A stretch of DNA of 64,000 bases from Octopus bimaculoides (lineage: Eukaryota). The stretch covers positions 34,185,079 to 34,249,078 of the forward strand of contig NC_068983.1 in the NCBI RefSeq assembly GCF_001194135.2, given 5' to 3'. This document shows, piece by piece, positions 1 through 13,009 of the stretch. The position numbers and the translations under genes are program-made. Numbering within the stretch: position 1 is the first letter of the stretch; every line of letters begins with the position of its first letter. The notes beneath the pieces are model-generated. The model saw nothing but the letters and a program-made list of their open reading frames with translations, did no database searches and was not told where the DNA came from.

Positions 1-1226
1 ATCTACATTAATGATTTCCACTCTTTCAAGTTGTTGCTCATAATAAAATTTTATGAATATATTACAATCGAAATGATTAAATCTTAAGATATTGGTTACA
101 TACCTCACGAATTTCAGGTCTACACGATTTCAGGAGATTGATGATTAAATCATCTAATTATCAATCATTGAAATTGGATTTCACTTTCTTAGTTATTGAT
201 GGATTACTCCTACGTAAGTTAACTTGGCTCATCACTCACACTATTATTTAACAGAAGAATATACATCACATTCAGAAAACAAGCAATCAGGTAAATAACT
301 CGTAGATGACTTTTATGAACGGTTTGAAAGAAATACTAAGCGTGGTATAACGGATGAATCCTCGTGTTGATTGGTTAAATGTCCTGTGTCATTTGTGATT
401 ATAATAGACTTTGTCTATAGTTCTTTAATAGGATGCGAACAGATTTAAATACACGTAGAATATATTCCTGATATCTCACTAGAATACGCAAAAATTTCTG
501 CCAATAAAAGAATATGGTGTATGTATGACTACTTCAGTGATTTTACGCATTTCAAAACTAAGTTTTGAGTAGTTTTTGGCAATAAAGTATGCCATCTCAC
601 TTTATTGACTCATGAATTCGCTCGAAAAGGTTTCAGTTCATAATGTTGCGTTGCATACAATAACTGCTGTAATTGTGTTGCTTTCATGCGCCGTCTCTTT
701 TGAAATCCTGTAACTTGAAATCCGAAACCAAAAGGCTGAAGAAAATTTATGGCAAGGCTAGCATTTACAAGGAAGAAATCTAGTGAATTAATTCTACGCA
801 AATACTTTGCTATTCATTAATTTGTTCATACCACAAAATGCTTTAAAATATTTAAATTTTAAGGGATTTTTTATCTCATCCGTCATACTGTTTGGAAGTC
901 CTTGTGAGATAGCGCACAAAAGTGCATCTTATTGTGATTTTCTTTTATACATTATTGTTAAGAATCTCGTGGGCTCCAAATAGTTTTCTTAATCGAGTTT
1001 CACTGACAGAGCGGTGTCGGCCATTTCCTAAAATATTCATCGTTCTCCCTTTGCGCAAGAAAACCATGGTTATACCTTATATTTACAGCTTTCACATGAT
1101 CTCCGTGATAAATATTGTTTACTAATAACTCTATTTACACTCTGTTCAAGAGTACTAAACTTTGTTTTTTTTTTAGTTTAAACGCTATTGATATCTACTT
1201 TATAAACTGTTCTATTTTAATGCTCT

Positions 1227-1227
1227 T

Positions 1228-1277
<50 letters not shown>

Positions 1278-1326
1278 TCTCTCTCTCTCTCTACCTACCT
1301 ACTTATTCACCTACCTACCTACTTAA

Positions 1327-1371
<45 letters not shown>
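1227..1371. repeat. Compound microsatellite (CTGT)n/(CT)n/(CTAC)n/(CTAT)n running into an N-gap (1372-1705)
   Basis: Directly visible tandem units. Confidence 0.95.
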
Positions 1372-2833
1372 NNNNNNNNNNNNNNNNNNNNNNNNNNNNN
1401 NNNNNNNNNNNNNNNNNNNNNNNNNNNNNNNNNNNNNNNNNNNNNNNNNNNNNNNNNNNNNNNNNNNNNNNNNNNNNNNNNNNNNNNNNNNNNNNNNNNN
1501 NNNNNNNNNNNNNNNNNNNNNNNNNNNNNNNNNNNNNNNNNNNNNNNNNNNNNNNNNNNNNNNNNNNNNNNNNNNNNNNNNNNNNNNNNNNNNNNNNNNN
1601 NNNNNNNNNNNNNNNNNNNNNNNNNNNNNNNNNNNNNNNNNNNNNNNNNNNNNNNNNNNNNNNNNNNNNNNNNNNNNNNNNNNNNNNNNNNNNNNNNNNN
1701 NNNNNTTAGTCACGATCTTCTAAGGAACTATGGTTAGGTGCCCGCGCTGACGTATTGTTTGCGAGAGATGTAGACGTCACTTTAAATGCACAAGTCCTTA
1801 TAGTCAAGCAAGACTACAAAACAATACCAATTCTCTTGCCTGTTGAAGAAATCAAAATTCACCATCCACAACAGGCAGTCCAGTCACAAAAAATTAGCAG
1901 TAAACGTGATTTAAAGGCTCTGCATCTCCAAATCCTCAAAGACGAATAACAGAAATTGTAACAAATCATAGAAGTTGATGCATCTAAGAAAAATTACCCT
2001 GCCCTCACTACCAGGTTCTAAAACACATGTACCAGATTACTCAGTCTCAGCTTGCCGAGAATGTTCTGCAACAACAGCGATAAGGGATACTAGGAAATCT
2101 CCCAGGAGCATCTATTTTCAGCAGCATTAGCTCACAGATTTATGAGAGTGGGTAACATACCGGTGCCACATCAGAAATACAGACCTACTTAAAACTTTAA
2201 GCAAACTCAATGATAGCTATAGATAATGACTATTACAACGTGCTTAGTCCAAAAATACACTCGTGAAGAGGAGTATGTCTCCTATAAAAGGAAGTTTATG
2301 TCTGGTGAAGCTGAATCCATGTCTCGCTAACAGAAATGTCTCCACACAATCTATAGAATAAACCAAGAAAAATGTAATATTTATATAAAATTCAATGGAA
2401 CAAACCAAACTAAAATAACAAATTGCAAAGAAGATAATGTCACGATCTTTTGCAATACACGTGACCGTCACGCTTGTATTCCTCTGTTCTAAATACTTAG
2501 ACACTAGTGTATAGAGAATATATGCCACAATGTTTGAGTTTGAATACAGGCAGTTCTGTAACCCTTATTACGCTCAATCGATACAATATCTCTCAATATG
2601 CTAAAGAAAGTTCTTTATTTTCTTAAGAAGACGGCGACTGATTTGTTTTCTAAATACCCCAGACAAACTTATACTGGGTCCGCATCCGTATGTATTGTTC
2701 GAGTAACGATAAATTGTCTTGTATAACATTGTTTTCGAAACGGAATACTTTCCATGAAGATTAGCTGCGACTAGACTCTCCATATCACATATTTGCAGGC
2801 AAAATTGGTCTCAACTGCAACGCCATTTATGTT

Positions 2834-2928
2834 TTAAAATACGCTTTCACTTGGAAACTGTGCGTTGTTGGTGGTGTGGCTCTTCTTCTTATTGTTCACT
2901 GCATAGTTCAAAGTGTTCTGATCATTTT
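2834..2928 (-). CDS. Candidate terminal coding exon of the unidentified minus-strand gene: (K)NDQNTLNYAVNNKKKSHTTNNAQFPSESVF*
   Basis: Acceptor tttttctttacag at 2929; phase-1 start; open to TAA at 2834; phase matches exon 3008-3190 across a 79-nt intron. Predicted from sequence only. Confidence 0.5.
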
Positions 2929-3007
2929 CTGTAAAGAAAATTAATTTTTTTCTTAATTTAGGTGTTTGCCACTGTCTGCGATGATACATTCCTTTTTTTC
3001 CCATCAC

Positions 3008-3190
3008 TTTGTAGCTGAATGCTAACGTTGTCTTTCTTTCCCTTGTGTGTCGCCATGTTTGCAAAAAAGAAAAACTCTGAAGAGATAACAAACTCTTCAG
3101 AACATTGCACTTTTTTTTTCATCTGTTTTGCATATTCAGTTTGAAACAAAATCCAAAATTGTTCACAATGTCCTGTTCCTAATAATTTGA
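3008..3190 (-). CDS. Candidate coding exon (183 nt, phase 1-1): (V)KLLGTGHCEQFWILFQTEYAKQMKKKVQCSEEFVISSEFFFFANMATHKGKKDNVSIQLQ
   Basis: Strong acceptor gtcttttttctgcag at 3191; frame open from the acceptor (extends track ORF 2958..3149). Donor AAA|gtgatg at 3007 is only moderate, so the 3' boundary is uncertain. Confidence 0.55.
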
Positions 3191-3254
3191 CTGCAGAAAA
3201 AAGACTTTCATCTAGAAAACATCACTATTATCAGATCTCGAAAAAGTCGTCTTG

Positions 3255-3441
<187 letters not shown>

Positions 3442-3459
3442 GTAATAAGCAATGACTAG

Positions 3460-6400
3460 AGAAGCTCTTCAAAAATGTGAAAGATGGGGAATATGGCTAC
3501 ATAGAATAAAAGCTGAACAAAAGATAGTAGAATGACAGATGAATCATCAGAAAGGATGGAATAGTAGAGAGGATGAAAAAGAAGTTTTACTTCAAGGAGG
3601 AAAAGGATATTACATGGTAGAAAAGAAGCTTACTTAAATGCTGAATGAGACACGAAATATGGATGATAATGAGATTATTGACTCAGAAAAATCTGTGTAA
3701 TACTGCAAAGAGTTTGGACAAGTATCGATGAAAATCGTAGTTCAGAATATAGCAGTTATAAAGGACTTCAATAATACATATTCTCTGTTTATGAGAAATT
3801 TCTTGGACTAAAACTATCAAGCAAAAGACATGGGAAAAAGCTATGGGGAATAATGGTGACACGAGAATCATGTCGTACGGATCAGAAGGTATGTAAAGTT
3901 AAATGTTGTTTAATATAGAGAAGAGAAGATATGGAAAGGAATTCCGAATAATGTATAACATGACATACAAAGGATTACAGGTAGATAAAGGAAAAAAAAA
4001 CTGAGAAGGATATGACCACATCGGTTGGAAAAATAAATTACTTCCAGGTGAACAGGCTCTTCAGAAACAATGAAAGGAAATTTTACCATTATTTGAGCAA
4101 TGAGAATGAACATCAGGAGAATGAGTGCCGAATGCTGAACCAACCAGGAACATTTGGTCAAATATTTGAGGCAAAGAGATTTAACATAACAGTGAGGCGG
4201 ACTGGTTACTGAAATTTTAAATGTGAAATGGGTAATAGACCAAAGGAAGAAATCTTAAATATTATACGAAAGAATATGAAAAATGCTTTAAAAGATACCA
4301 AAGCTGAAAGCTCCAGCACAAAATAGTATTCACCGATGATAACTTAGATATCTCACATGCTTGCACAGTTGCATATAACCGTTTCTTACTGAATGTAGTG
4401 AAAAGGAAGATAGTCAGTCTTAAAACAGAATGATAAGGAAACGGGAGAAATTTTAGTAATTATAAGCCTACTACATACTTAAAATCGCTAAGGAAATTAC
4501 GGAGTGGGCTCACTGTAAATAAACTGTATATCTTTCTGGAGGAGAATTTATTGCCAGAAAAATAAAAGTTAGGCAAAATAATCAAAAGAAGCTGCTGATA
4601 TACTGTATGTCCATAACATCCAACTAACTGAAGTAATTAGAATTTAGCTGTCGATTGAGTAAGCTATAAGAAATACGATGACGTACCGTGCTGGTGGCTT
4701 TTGTAGTGCCTGCAGTCACCCTGTCAATGTGAAAATTAACAGATAATTTTTTTCTTAAAAGGAAATCAATGATAATATGGAATGTAGAACTAAACTGCAG
4801 AAATGAATCCTTTGGAAATGTGAAATGACGCGCAGACATAACTCATGGAGACTCGCACCCGGCATTACTTTGCATTAATTCCTTTTGACAAACATAAAGA
4901 AAAACTCCAAGTCTGTTTATGGGCTTCCTTAAACTAGAGGGGGGAATATATTACTTTCTATATATGGAAAACTTCAAAATGTATACTAGAAGTGAAATGT
5001 CCTGGATTCTATAGTCCACTACGCAATAATATTCAGCATTTTGTGCGGTTTATGTTAAGTAATTTTTAACTTCAATTATGAAAAGATAGCGTAAGATTAA
5101 GTCTGATGGCATAAAGATATCACAAGATATCATTAGATAGCTGAGCGACAGGGAAATATACAAGTACCTACAGGTGCGATAAGATGGTAAGAATATGGAA
5201 TGAGAAATGAGAGAGAAGATCTCCAATGAGTACACAATAATGTGTATGAAGGTGTGCTCGAAAATAAAACTAGAGATAATCTCAGTAAGACAATAAACAC
5301 TTGGTCTATGCCAGTGTTCAGATTATCTGCTACTTTTCTTAAACTAAATAGAGATGGAACTATATGGATTTGCTACAGCAATTAGGAAGTTCTTCACAAT
5401 GTGAAATGCACACTACACTAAATATAATATGAACAGACACTGATTAGAAACAAAGAAGGTGGCAAATGTTCGTTAAATGCAGAAGCCACTATTAGTACTG
5501 CGATATAGGGTATGAGAAACTAAGTTGAGCATAGGGGAAATAGAATAATGTTTGCAGCCAGAAATATTGAAAATGTCACTGAAACAGTGAGAGACTCAGT
5601 AACTGGGAAAAGAATAACAGCAGATAACTGGGAAAAGAAAAGATTATATGGTAAATTCATGCAACAAACAAATGATATCGAAAAGAAAGAAGGTAAAATA
5701 AATAACTGAAACGCTGATTACAGCCACTCAGAAACAAACCACTGGAATAAATTTAATAAGGAATTGTCCTTATTAAATTAATAAAACTCAGCACATACAT
5801 GATGTATAGAGAAGGGATAAAGGTATAAGTTATCTACTCAGTGAATGCAGTAAGCTAGTGCAAAGCAAGTATAAGTACAAGTATAGCTGTGCCCCAAAGT
5901 CAGTGTACCGTGTTTGATTGTCTTTGGCCTTACATCTGTGCAATTCAAATTCATGCGATCAAGAAGTTAGTCAATTCGACGTAATGAGAAAATAGTATGA
6001 ACATGTGTTGAGATAGTAAAGGGTAATTGTTGGAGTTTATGAGATTTCTCCGTATAGTTTGACCATGTTACTGAGGCAAGGAGACCAGATATGATTATAA
6101 AAGGTAAAAAAAAAACTATTCTAACCAAGTCGTATCAGATTTTACAATACCATATTGCCATAACTGGATTTCAAAGAAATTGATGAGAAAATGGAGAAAT
6201 ATCAGCACCAAGACTGAGAGATGAAAATATGGCATATGTATTGACTAGTTGACGTTGATTATGATGATGATGATGATGATGACGATGATGACGACGACGA
6301 CGACGACGACGACAGTGACGACGACGACGATGATGATGATGTTGATGACCAACTTCAACAACAAAGAAACAACGATAAAAAAAAATAACCATATTGTGAT

Positions 6401-6510
6401 ATGAGATTAAAGTTCGACTTGGGGAAAAATGCGTCACGGCAACTTTGAAGAGATGAAAATTAATTAAGAATACTAATATCTTGCTAGATAAAGAAAGTGA
6501 GATAAGAGAA
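3460..6510 (+). mobile_element. Decayed, near full-length RLE-type non-LTR retrotransposon (R4/Dong-like)
   Basis: Degenerate motifs in the expected order: QVNRLFRNNERKFY (~4045), PKLKAPAQNSIH (~KAPGPDG), SNYKPTTYL (~NYRPITCL), SYKKYDDVPCW (~DYKKAYDSVPHSW, ~4665), YMENFKMY (~YMDDLKLY, ~4960), YKYL, RNKEGGK (~RKEGGRG), ETLITATQKQ (~AAQDQ), YLLSECSKL zinc-knuckle remnant, DHVTEARRPDMII (RLE PD motif, ~6060), EKMEKYQ. Many stops and frameshifts; a (GAT)/(GAC) microsatellite interrupts at 6258-6350. Confidence 0.85.
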
Positions 6511-6660
6511 TTACACCAAACGCAGACACTCGAATACTTAGAAATCAATCAGCTAGAGTGTGCAGCGCACACATGAATGTTACAGACGCATTAGATAAGT
6601 ATTTAAGCAAGCAGCTAAATAAATGAAAAAAAATCAGGTTAAAAACATATTTAAGCTCAC

Positions 6661-6668
6661 CCATTAAT
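6661..6668 (-). CDS. Candidate 8-nt coding micro-exon ATTAATGG (phase 2 to 1): (R)LM
   Basis: Acceptor tatttcttaatattataactgttacag, CTAAC branch-like motif ~45 nt upstream, donor TGG|gtgagc. It supplies exactly the phase shift needed between exon 12141-12185 and exon 3008-3190. Confidence 0.5.
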
Positions 6669-7222
6669 CTGTAACAGTTATAATATTAAGAAATAGGACT
6701 TTAAATGTCAAAGTTAGAAAAAACAAGCAAAACTGACTACATTTAGAATACTCCACCCAGAGTTTGGCATAAAAAGATATCTACTACAATTTTAGATTGG
6801 GTGGTGCTGTACCCATTAAAAAAAAAACAACCCTTACAAAATATTCACTGTAGGACTAAATACAAATACCTGACTCAGAGTGTTTAAAACGGAATATTAT
6901 ATTTACGAAACACAAACGATGAAAACAGTTTTTTTATTGTTTCCTGTTTTTTTGTTTTTTTTTTTGGCTAAGGAAGACAATAATAACAAAAAGAGAAGGT
7001 ATTGTGATGACAAAGCGGAAACGAGAAGTTTAGGAAAAACTAAAATCTAAGCTAAACTCGTGAAGAGATAAACACAATCAAAAAGGCACAATGAAGACAA
7101 CATAAGGCCTCACAAGCATGTGACATCCGCTTCTTAGAGAAAGAAGTTAACTTCAATATAGACAGGAAAATCCTTGAATACGGCACATGATAAAATATTC
7201 TCCTCTATTTACTCCAAAGGCA

Positions 7223-8066
7223 TATGCGGCGTGGTATCAAAAAGGTTCTGGATGAGTTTTGCAGTGCGCCAACAGATGATATCACACGGTTACGCGCGCA
7301 GTAAGAGCCAGCTGTGACCTTCATTAGGCAGTGTGCCGAGTAACATTGCAATGTTTACTTTACAAGTGAAATTTGTGTTTTTGTGATCACATATATGGTG
7401 TAGTGTGCGATATTTTTTCAAGGACGGGAACAAAATGACAACGTGAAATTGCGTGTTAAACATAAGAAGTCTGCTACAGAGACATTGAGCATTTTTGGGC
7501 AAACTTACTGCAATGAAGACAACATAAGGNNNNNNNNNNNNNNNNNNNNNNNNNNNNNNNNNNNNNNNNNNNNNNNNNNNNNNNNNNNNNNNNNNNNNNN
7601 NNNNNNNNNNNNNNNNNNNNNNNNNNNNNNNNNNNNNNTCGAGAATTTGTCACCCAGGGCCAGAACGTTAATAGAGAGTTTGGGAGAGGACATTCGGCGA
7701 AAGCACCGGGATCTACGGAGCGCGAAGAACTGGATTCCTCACGACCACCCTGTCACCGAATTCTTCTCACGCGTGAGTTTCTTGTCCAAAACAACATTGT
7801 GTCGCCTCCACGCAGAAACTATTCGCTAGAATTAGCGCCTGCAGACCTCTATCTCTTTTCCAAGAGAAAAATGTAGCTCAAGGATCGCTGTTTTAACACC
7901 GTTGTCGAGAACCAGAGTGAATCGCAGAAGGTCCTCCACTCGCTTACGGATTCCAAAAGTGGAAGGAACGCTAGGACCGGTTTATTGCTGCGGATGGTGA
8001 CTATTTCGAAGCAGATGATGTTAAAAATTACTAGTCCTTGAACGTTTTGATAGATGTCACCTCGTA
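7223..8066 (+). mobile_element. Internally deleted/decayed mariner (DD34D-type) transposon spanning an N-gap
   Basis: N-terminal EQNDNVKLRVKHKKSATETLS; C-terminal remnants EFVTQGQNVN, EDIRRKHRDLRSAKNWI and a YSL(E)LAPADLYLFP-like motif. Degenerate TIRs (ta)tgcggcgtggtatcaaaaagg and ttttgatagatgtcacctcg(ta). Confidence 0.85.
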
Positions 8067-8496
8067 TAAGAGCATAGGCATAATATATGGAGCTGCATAC
8101 CGTGCTGTTAGCGAAGGTTTAACAACATCGTTGTGCACAAAACGTGAATACAAGAAGTGAAACTTCCTTCAAGGCAGAGCGAGAAATGCAATTTTCCAGT
8201 AGGTAAGAGGTTTTAAATAGGATCGATTATATTGAAATTGGTAAAATTAAAAATTGTCGAAGATAAATCAAATTTATTATTGTTACTGAATATGTTAGTG
8301 TTATTTAATTTCCGAACGGTTTTGCCGCCGTTTGTTTGTGCAGTATGACTTCTTTATCCATCAGTTTCTACTAAGATAGAGACGCGAGTAAATTCAAATT
8401 TAGATAATCGAAATTAAAACTTTGGAAACAGCAACAAACAAGATGACAAATATCCGTTAAATGTAAATAATGTAATAATGATATTAATGGGAAGAG

Positions 8497-8498
<2 letters not shown>

Positions 8499-8551
<53 letters not shown>

Positions 8552-8590
8552 AGAAGGAGGAGGAGGAGGAGGAGGAGGAGGAGGAGGAGA
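8499..8590. repeat. (TAG)n(GAG)n microsatellite
   Basis: Directly visible. Confidence 0.95.
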
Positions 8591-8599
8591 GAATAAATT

Positions 8600-10050
8600 G
8601 AAAGCATAATATCTGTAACAAAGACAACTTATTGTTCCAAGGGAAAGTGACGTGGACTAAAAGGCTATGAACAGCTCAATAATTAATAATTCTAAATACA
8701 GATTCAAGTTTTGAAACTATAAGATGTATCGAAGGAAAAGTTGAAATAGATTAGGCGATCTGAAGGAATTTGGTAACGATGCCAAGAAGAATTACCATCA
8801 TAATGCTGAATCAGAAAGAGAAGACTATCATTGAGAGGAAGGAAGTTAATGATATTTAGAGAAAGACAATGACCAGTATCAGTAACATCAATGACCTGTT
8901 AAGTTCTGATGACTCAGTTATCACAGAAATTCTAGGTATTCAACTTGAAAGTCAAAGATCAAAGAAAAAATTAAAGAGAGGATAGCTATGCGGAAAATAA
9001 AAATTGGAAAATATGTAAAAGTCCTAAAAATTTGCCGTTTTGTATTGACAAATGGTGCCATGGTTGTAATAAAGAGATGATAAAGAGGAAATTACGGGAG
9101 GATCTGCCTTTGAGATAACAAGGAAATAGAAGAAGTGAGTGAATTAAATATTTAGGCACATTGCAGGATAAGGTAGGGAAACCTCAGAAAATTAAGATTA
9201 ATGATAGGAGAAAATATAAATGGAATACCAAGATTTTTTAAAGAAATTTAAATGGAATGGACATTATTACTGAGATAGTCATCAGGGCATTACAAATATT
9301 GAGATATTGTGCATCCTTCGTTCGGTTAAATTTAAAAAAAAGTAATGAAATGGATAATCACATCAAACAAGAGATAAAGAACAATGGGCTTCGTGCATTC
9401 GATAGTTAGAAGATGAGAAGAAAAGAGAAAGACGAATATATATCAATGGAACATTGTACACTTTGCCGTTGTAGGGCAACATATACAAGAACAGAGAAAA
9501 ACCAAACGCAAATAAATCAACACAAGAAAAGACTATAAAATAGAATAAATAGACAAAATATATTTTGAAAGAAAAACTGGTCAATCGAAAGTTAGATAAA
9601 GTAAAGGACTAATTGAGGCACAAAAAGATATTATTCTAATAGAGAAAAATAGTAAAATACGTGGGATTGTATGTTTTGTCGTGACACGTCACTTCAGAGG
9701 CTAACAGAATAAAACAGACACCGCTTTACAATAAGCATAGTTGATCATATATTTGAGAAAACGCTTTATAACTGAGAGCAAACTTAACCCATTCGTAAAA
9801 TCTCTGATAACAATATTAAACCATTTTTTTAAAAATAAGACATTGGACATTAGATCTGGATAGAACGATAGAGTGTCTTTCACAAGGCAGGAAATCTACG
9901 AAAGTTAAGGTGATTCCTACGAAAAGCTCAAAACATTAATGATTGGAAAAAATTAAGGATTAAAATGTGTATGATAGTATTGTTTGACAAAAACCTTGAA
10001 TGAATTTTGGGCGAGAAGTGTAGTGGAATAAATTTAATACTCTATTTAAA
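8600..10050 (+). mobile_element. Heavily decayed LINE relic(s), probably R4/Dong-like
   Basis: NINDLLSSDDSVITEILGI (~8885, resembles R4-type N-terminal region), KEIEEVSE/KYLG (~9120-9160), GLIEAQKDIIL (~9605), IVDHIF (~9740). Fragmentary. Confidence 0.45.
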
Positions 10051-10673
10051 CAAGAAAATTAAATCGTAACAGATCATAGTTACAAATGGACATTATATTC
10101 AGTGTTACATTTCCATTCACAATTCAACGATTTTTTCAAATCAATGACCAAAATAATGTTTTCTAATACAGACGAAATAAACGTACACTATAGCATTATC
10201 ATTAATTTTTATCTTGGTGTCCTATGTCACAAATCTTTCGCTACACATCTTGTGAACCCTTCAACGTGACTCCTGTTTCCTTTATTCAATTATCTATTTG
10301 TTTCGCAGGATTCCAGATCTGGAGTTGTGTGCTGAAACAGATACTGTTATATTTTGGGATGGGAATATTTTGGCCAGTTAACCACACGCACTATATCGTT
10401 GGTCTTCATTTCAGCTTTATTATTATTGATTTACTAGCTGGCCCCATGCCGTCAAAAATGAAGGCTAATTGTAGTATTTTATATATAAATAAGGTTTTTA
10501 GTTTAATTATTCTTTTACTACCAAACTTAAAATATATCGTTCAATATATATATATATAAATCTCAGCGTAGCAAAAATATTTAGAAATTCTTTTTGCTAC
10601 CAGTGGTCTAGCCAGAAGAGAAAAAAAAAACTAGTCAATAGACTATATATTATTCATATAAATACATACAGTA

Positions 10674-10802
10674 TACATTTAAACACATAAGAGAGATGTC
10701 CATAATAGGACATCTAACCACAATTAATTGTGGTTTGAAGTTTGCTACTTCTAGCGGGTTAGATGTCCTATTATGGACATCTCTCTTATGTGCTTAAATG
10801 TA
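10674..10802. repeat. Long inverted repeat (46-bp arms, 1 mismatch; 36-bp perfect core) with internal palindromes
   Basis: 10684-10719 cacataagagagatgtccataataggacatctaacc is the exact reverse complement of 10757-10792. Confidence 0.95.
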
Positions 10803-12140
10803 CACTACACACACACACACACACACACATANNNNNNNNNNNNNNNNNNNNNNNNNNNNNNNNNNNNNNNNNNNNNNNNNNNNNNNNNNNNNNNNNNNNN
10901 NNNNNNNNNNNNNNNNNNNNNNNNNNNNNNNNNNNNNNNNNNNNNNNNNNNNNNNNNNNNNNNNNNNNNNNNNNNNNNNNNNNNNNNNNNNNNNNNNNNN
11001 NNNNNNNNNNNNNNNNNNNNNNNNNNNNNNNNNNNNNNNNNNNNNNNNNNNNNNNNNNNNNNNNNNNNNNNNNNNNNNNNNNNNNNNNNNNNNNNNNNNN
11101 NNNNNNNNNNNNNNNNNNNNNNNNNNNNNNNNNNNNNNNNNNNNNNNNNNNNNNNNNNNNNNNNNNNNNNNNNNNNNNNNNNNNNNNNNNNNNNNNNNNN
11201 NNNNNNNNNNNNNNNNNNNNNNNNNNNNNNNNNNNNNNNNNNNNNNNNNNNNNNNNNNNNNNNNNNNNNNNNNNNNNNNNNNNNNNNNNNNNNNNNNNNN
11301 NNNNNNNNNNNNNNNNNNNNNNNNNNNNNNNNNNNNNNNNNNNNNNNNNNNNNNNNNNNNNNNNNNNNNNNNNNNNNNNNNNNNNNNNNNNNNNNNNNNN
11401 NNNNNNNNNNNNNNNNNNNNNNNNNNNNNNNNNNNNNNNNNNNNNNNNNNNNNNNNNNNNNNNNNNNNNNNNNNNNNNNNNNNNNNNNNNNNNNNNNNNN
11501 NNNNNNNNNNNNNNNNNNNNNNNNNNNNNNNNNNNNNNNNNNNNNNNNNNNNNNNNNNNNNNNNNNNNNNNNNNNNNNNNNNNNNNNNNNNNNNNNNNNN
11601 NNNNNNNNNNNNNNNNNNNNNNNNNNNNNNNNNNNNNNNNNNNNNNNNNNNNNNNNNNNNNNNNNNNNNNNNNNNNNNNNNNNNNNNNNNNNNNNNNNNN
11701 NNNNNNNNNNNNNNNNNNNNNNNNNNNNNNNNNNNNNNNNNNTATATACACTTGGATCTTGCATGCAGGTATTCGAATTTTACGCCATCGATCATTAGAG
11801 TGAAAGCGGAATAACAGATATGTTTATGCGTTTTCCAGAACATTTCGGCCACTGCCTCAAAATGTGAATTCTGAGCGTAGATATTTGGTGGAAAATGAAA
11901 GGCAAGTGTATGTGTGAATATTATACATTCTAAGGCAGTCGTTGAGAAGCGGATCGACGGAAGGTTGTCGAATTTTATATGCTAATTGACCTTCGAAAAA
12001 CAAAGCTGTGTGTTGATAATAAATTGTAACGGCTTTCTTTTCGCTTTCAAGCGTTCATATTTGCTCCTGTCACACACATTTCTGTGAAACCTCGAAATTA
12101 TGACTGTGGTTAGTTTTCATACAAATGCACTTGCGTTTAC

Positions 12141-12185
12141 CTCAGATATTCAATAGTCAATCCGGATAAGAAACATCCCACGACC
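12141..12185 (-). CDS. Candidate coding exon (45 nt, phase 2-2): (R)VVGCFLSGLTIEYL
   Basis: Acceptor ccttatgtttttctatag, donor GAG|gtaaac. Only the phase-2 frame is open, matching the neighbouring exons. Confidence 0.6.
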
Positions 12186-13009
12186 CTATAGAAAAACATA
12201 AGGCGACAATGGGAGTCCAGTGATAATGTCTTTTAGATATCATTGACCATTTTATATTCTGAGCCTGCATATATTTATGGAATACCATAGTACTCCTAAG
12301 TGCCATATTTGTTCGGCGAAGAAGGTCTCCAGTTTAGAAATGGAGTAAAAACTAAGAATGAACTACACGAAATCAAATATTGAATTAGGGATTATAAACA
12401 AGATACAGCTTCGTGAAATTCCACTATTACGATAAATGACGTGAAAGTTAATTATGAAACCCCATAAACAAACCACAATCGGTATAACCAAAAGCACACA
12501 AAAAATATTGATGGTCTATAATAAAACACAGCTCGAATAACTTCCAAACACTAAATCCCTTTGGACAAACTCTACCCATTCAACTTAGTTAACTACAAAT
12601 CACCTGTAACATGACAAAATTTCCGTTGTAATTATATGACCGATCATTTTAAAATCTATCATTGAATTAATATTTAAAGCAAAAGTAATTGTATCCCATA
12701 TTTTTTTATTATTTATGCCTATACGCACGCACACATTAGAACTGCTCAAAATCTTAGTTACATAACATCTCAATTTGTCAACATATTTTCGTTCTTTACC
12801 ATTCATTTATTCCCCACAGACATACTAATAGTATCATAAATTTCATAAATTAATAATCTTTGCAAGCATATATATCTCCATAGTCGATTTTATAACTCAT
12901 CATTTGGATGAAAACATTTTGTTATAAATACATATTTACTACTACATTACTTTGTGAAAGAACTACTCAAATAACGTTCAATAATCTTTGCATTTCTAGT
13001 TACAGACGT

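Noticed and set aside
193-290. Plus-strand micro-exon pair (193-213, 255-290) in frame
   Set aside because: The intervening intron would be only 41 nt and there is no chain of supporting exons; such AG/GT pairs arise often by chance in AT-rich DNA.
1950-2200. IEVDASKK, resembling Gypsy RNase H
   Set aside because: Single short motif with no convincing flanking RT or RNase H motifs.
2540-3090. PiggyBac-like words on the minus strand (NGV..., ISRR)
   Set aside because: Needs several frameshifts, no TTAA/TIR seen, and the region is better explained by the two terminal exon candidates.
10763-11852. Long ORFs in the track (also near 1115, 16481, 33063, 45419, 47127, 53671, 61660, 62556)
   Set aside because: They are read-through of N-gaps (X runs).
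12604-12655. Minus-strand exon candidate DFKMIGHIITTEILSCY (phase 1 to 2); others at 13693-13752, 19092-19133, 19537-19575 and near 43340
   Set aside because: Weaker splice sites, or phase not needed by or incompatible with the main chain. They cannot be excluded without RNA data.
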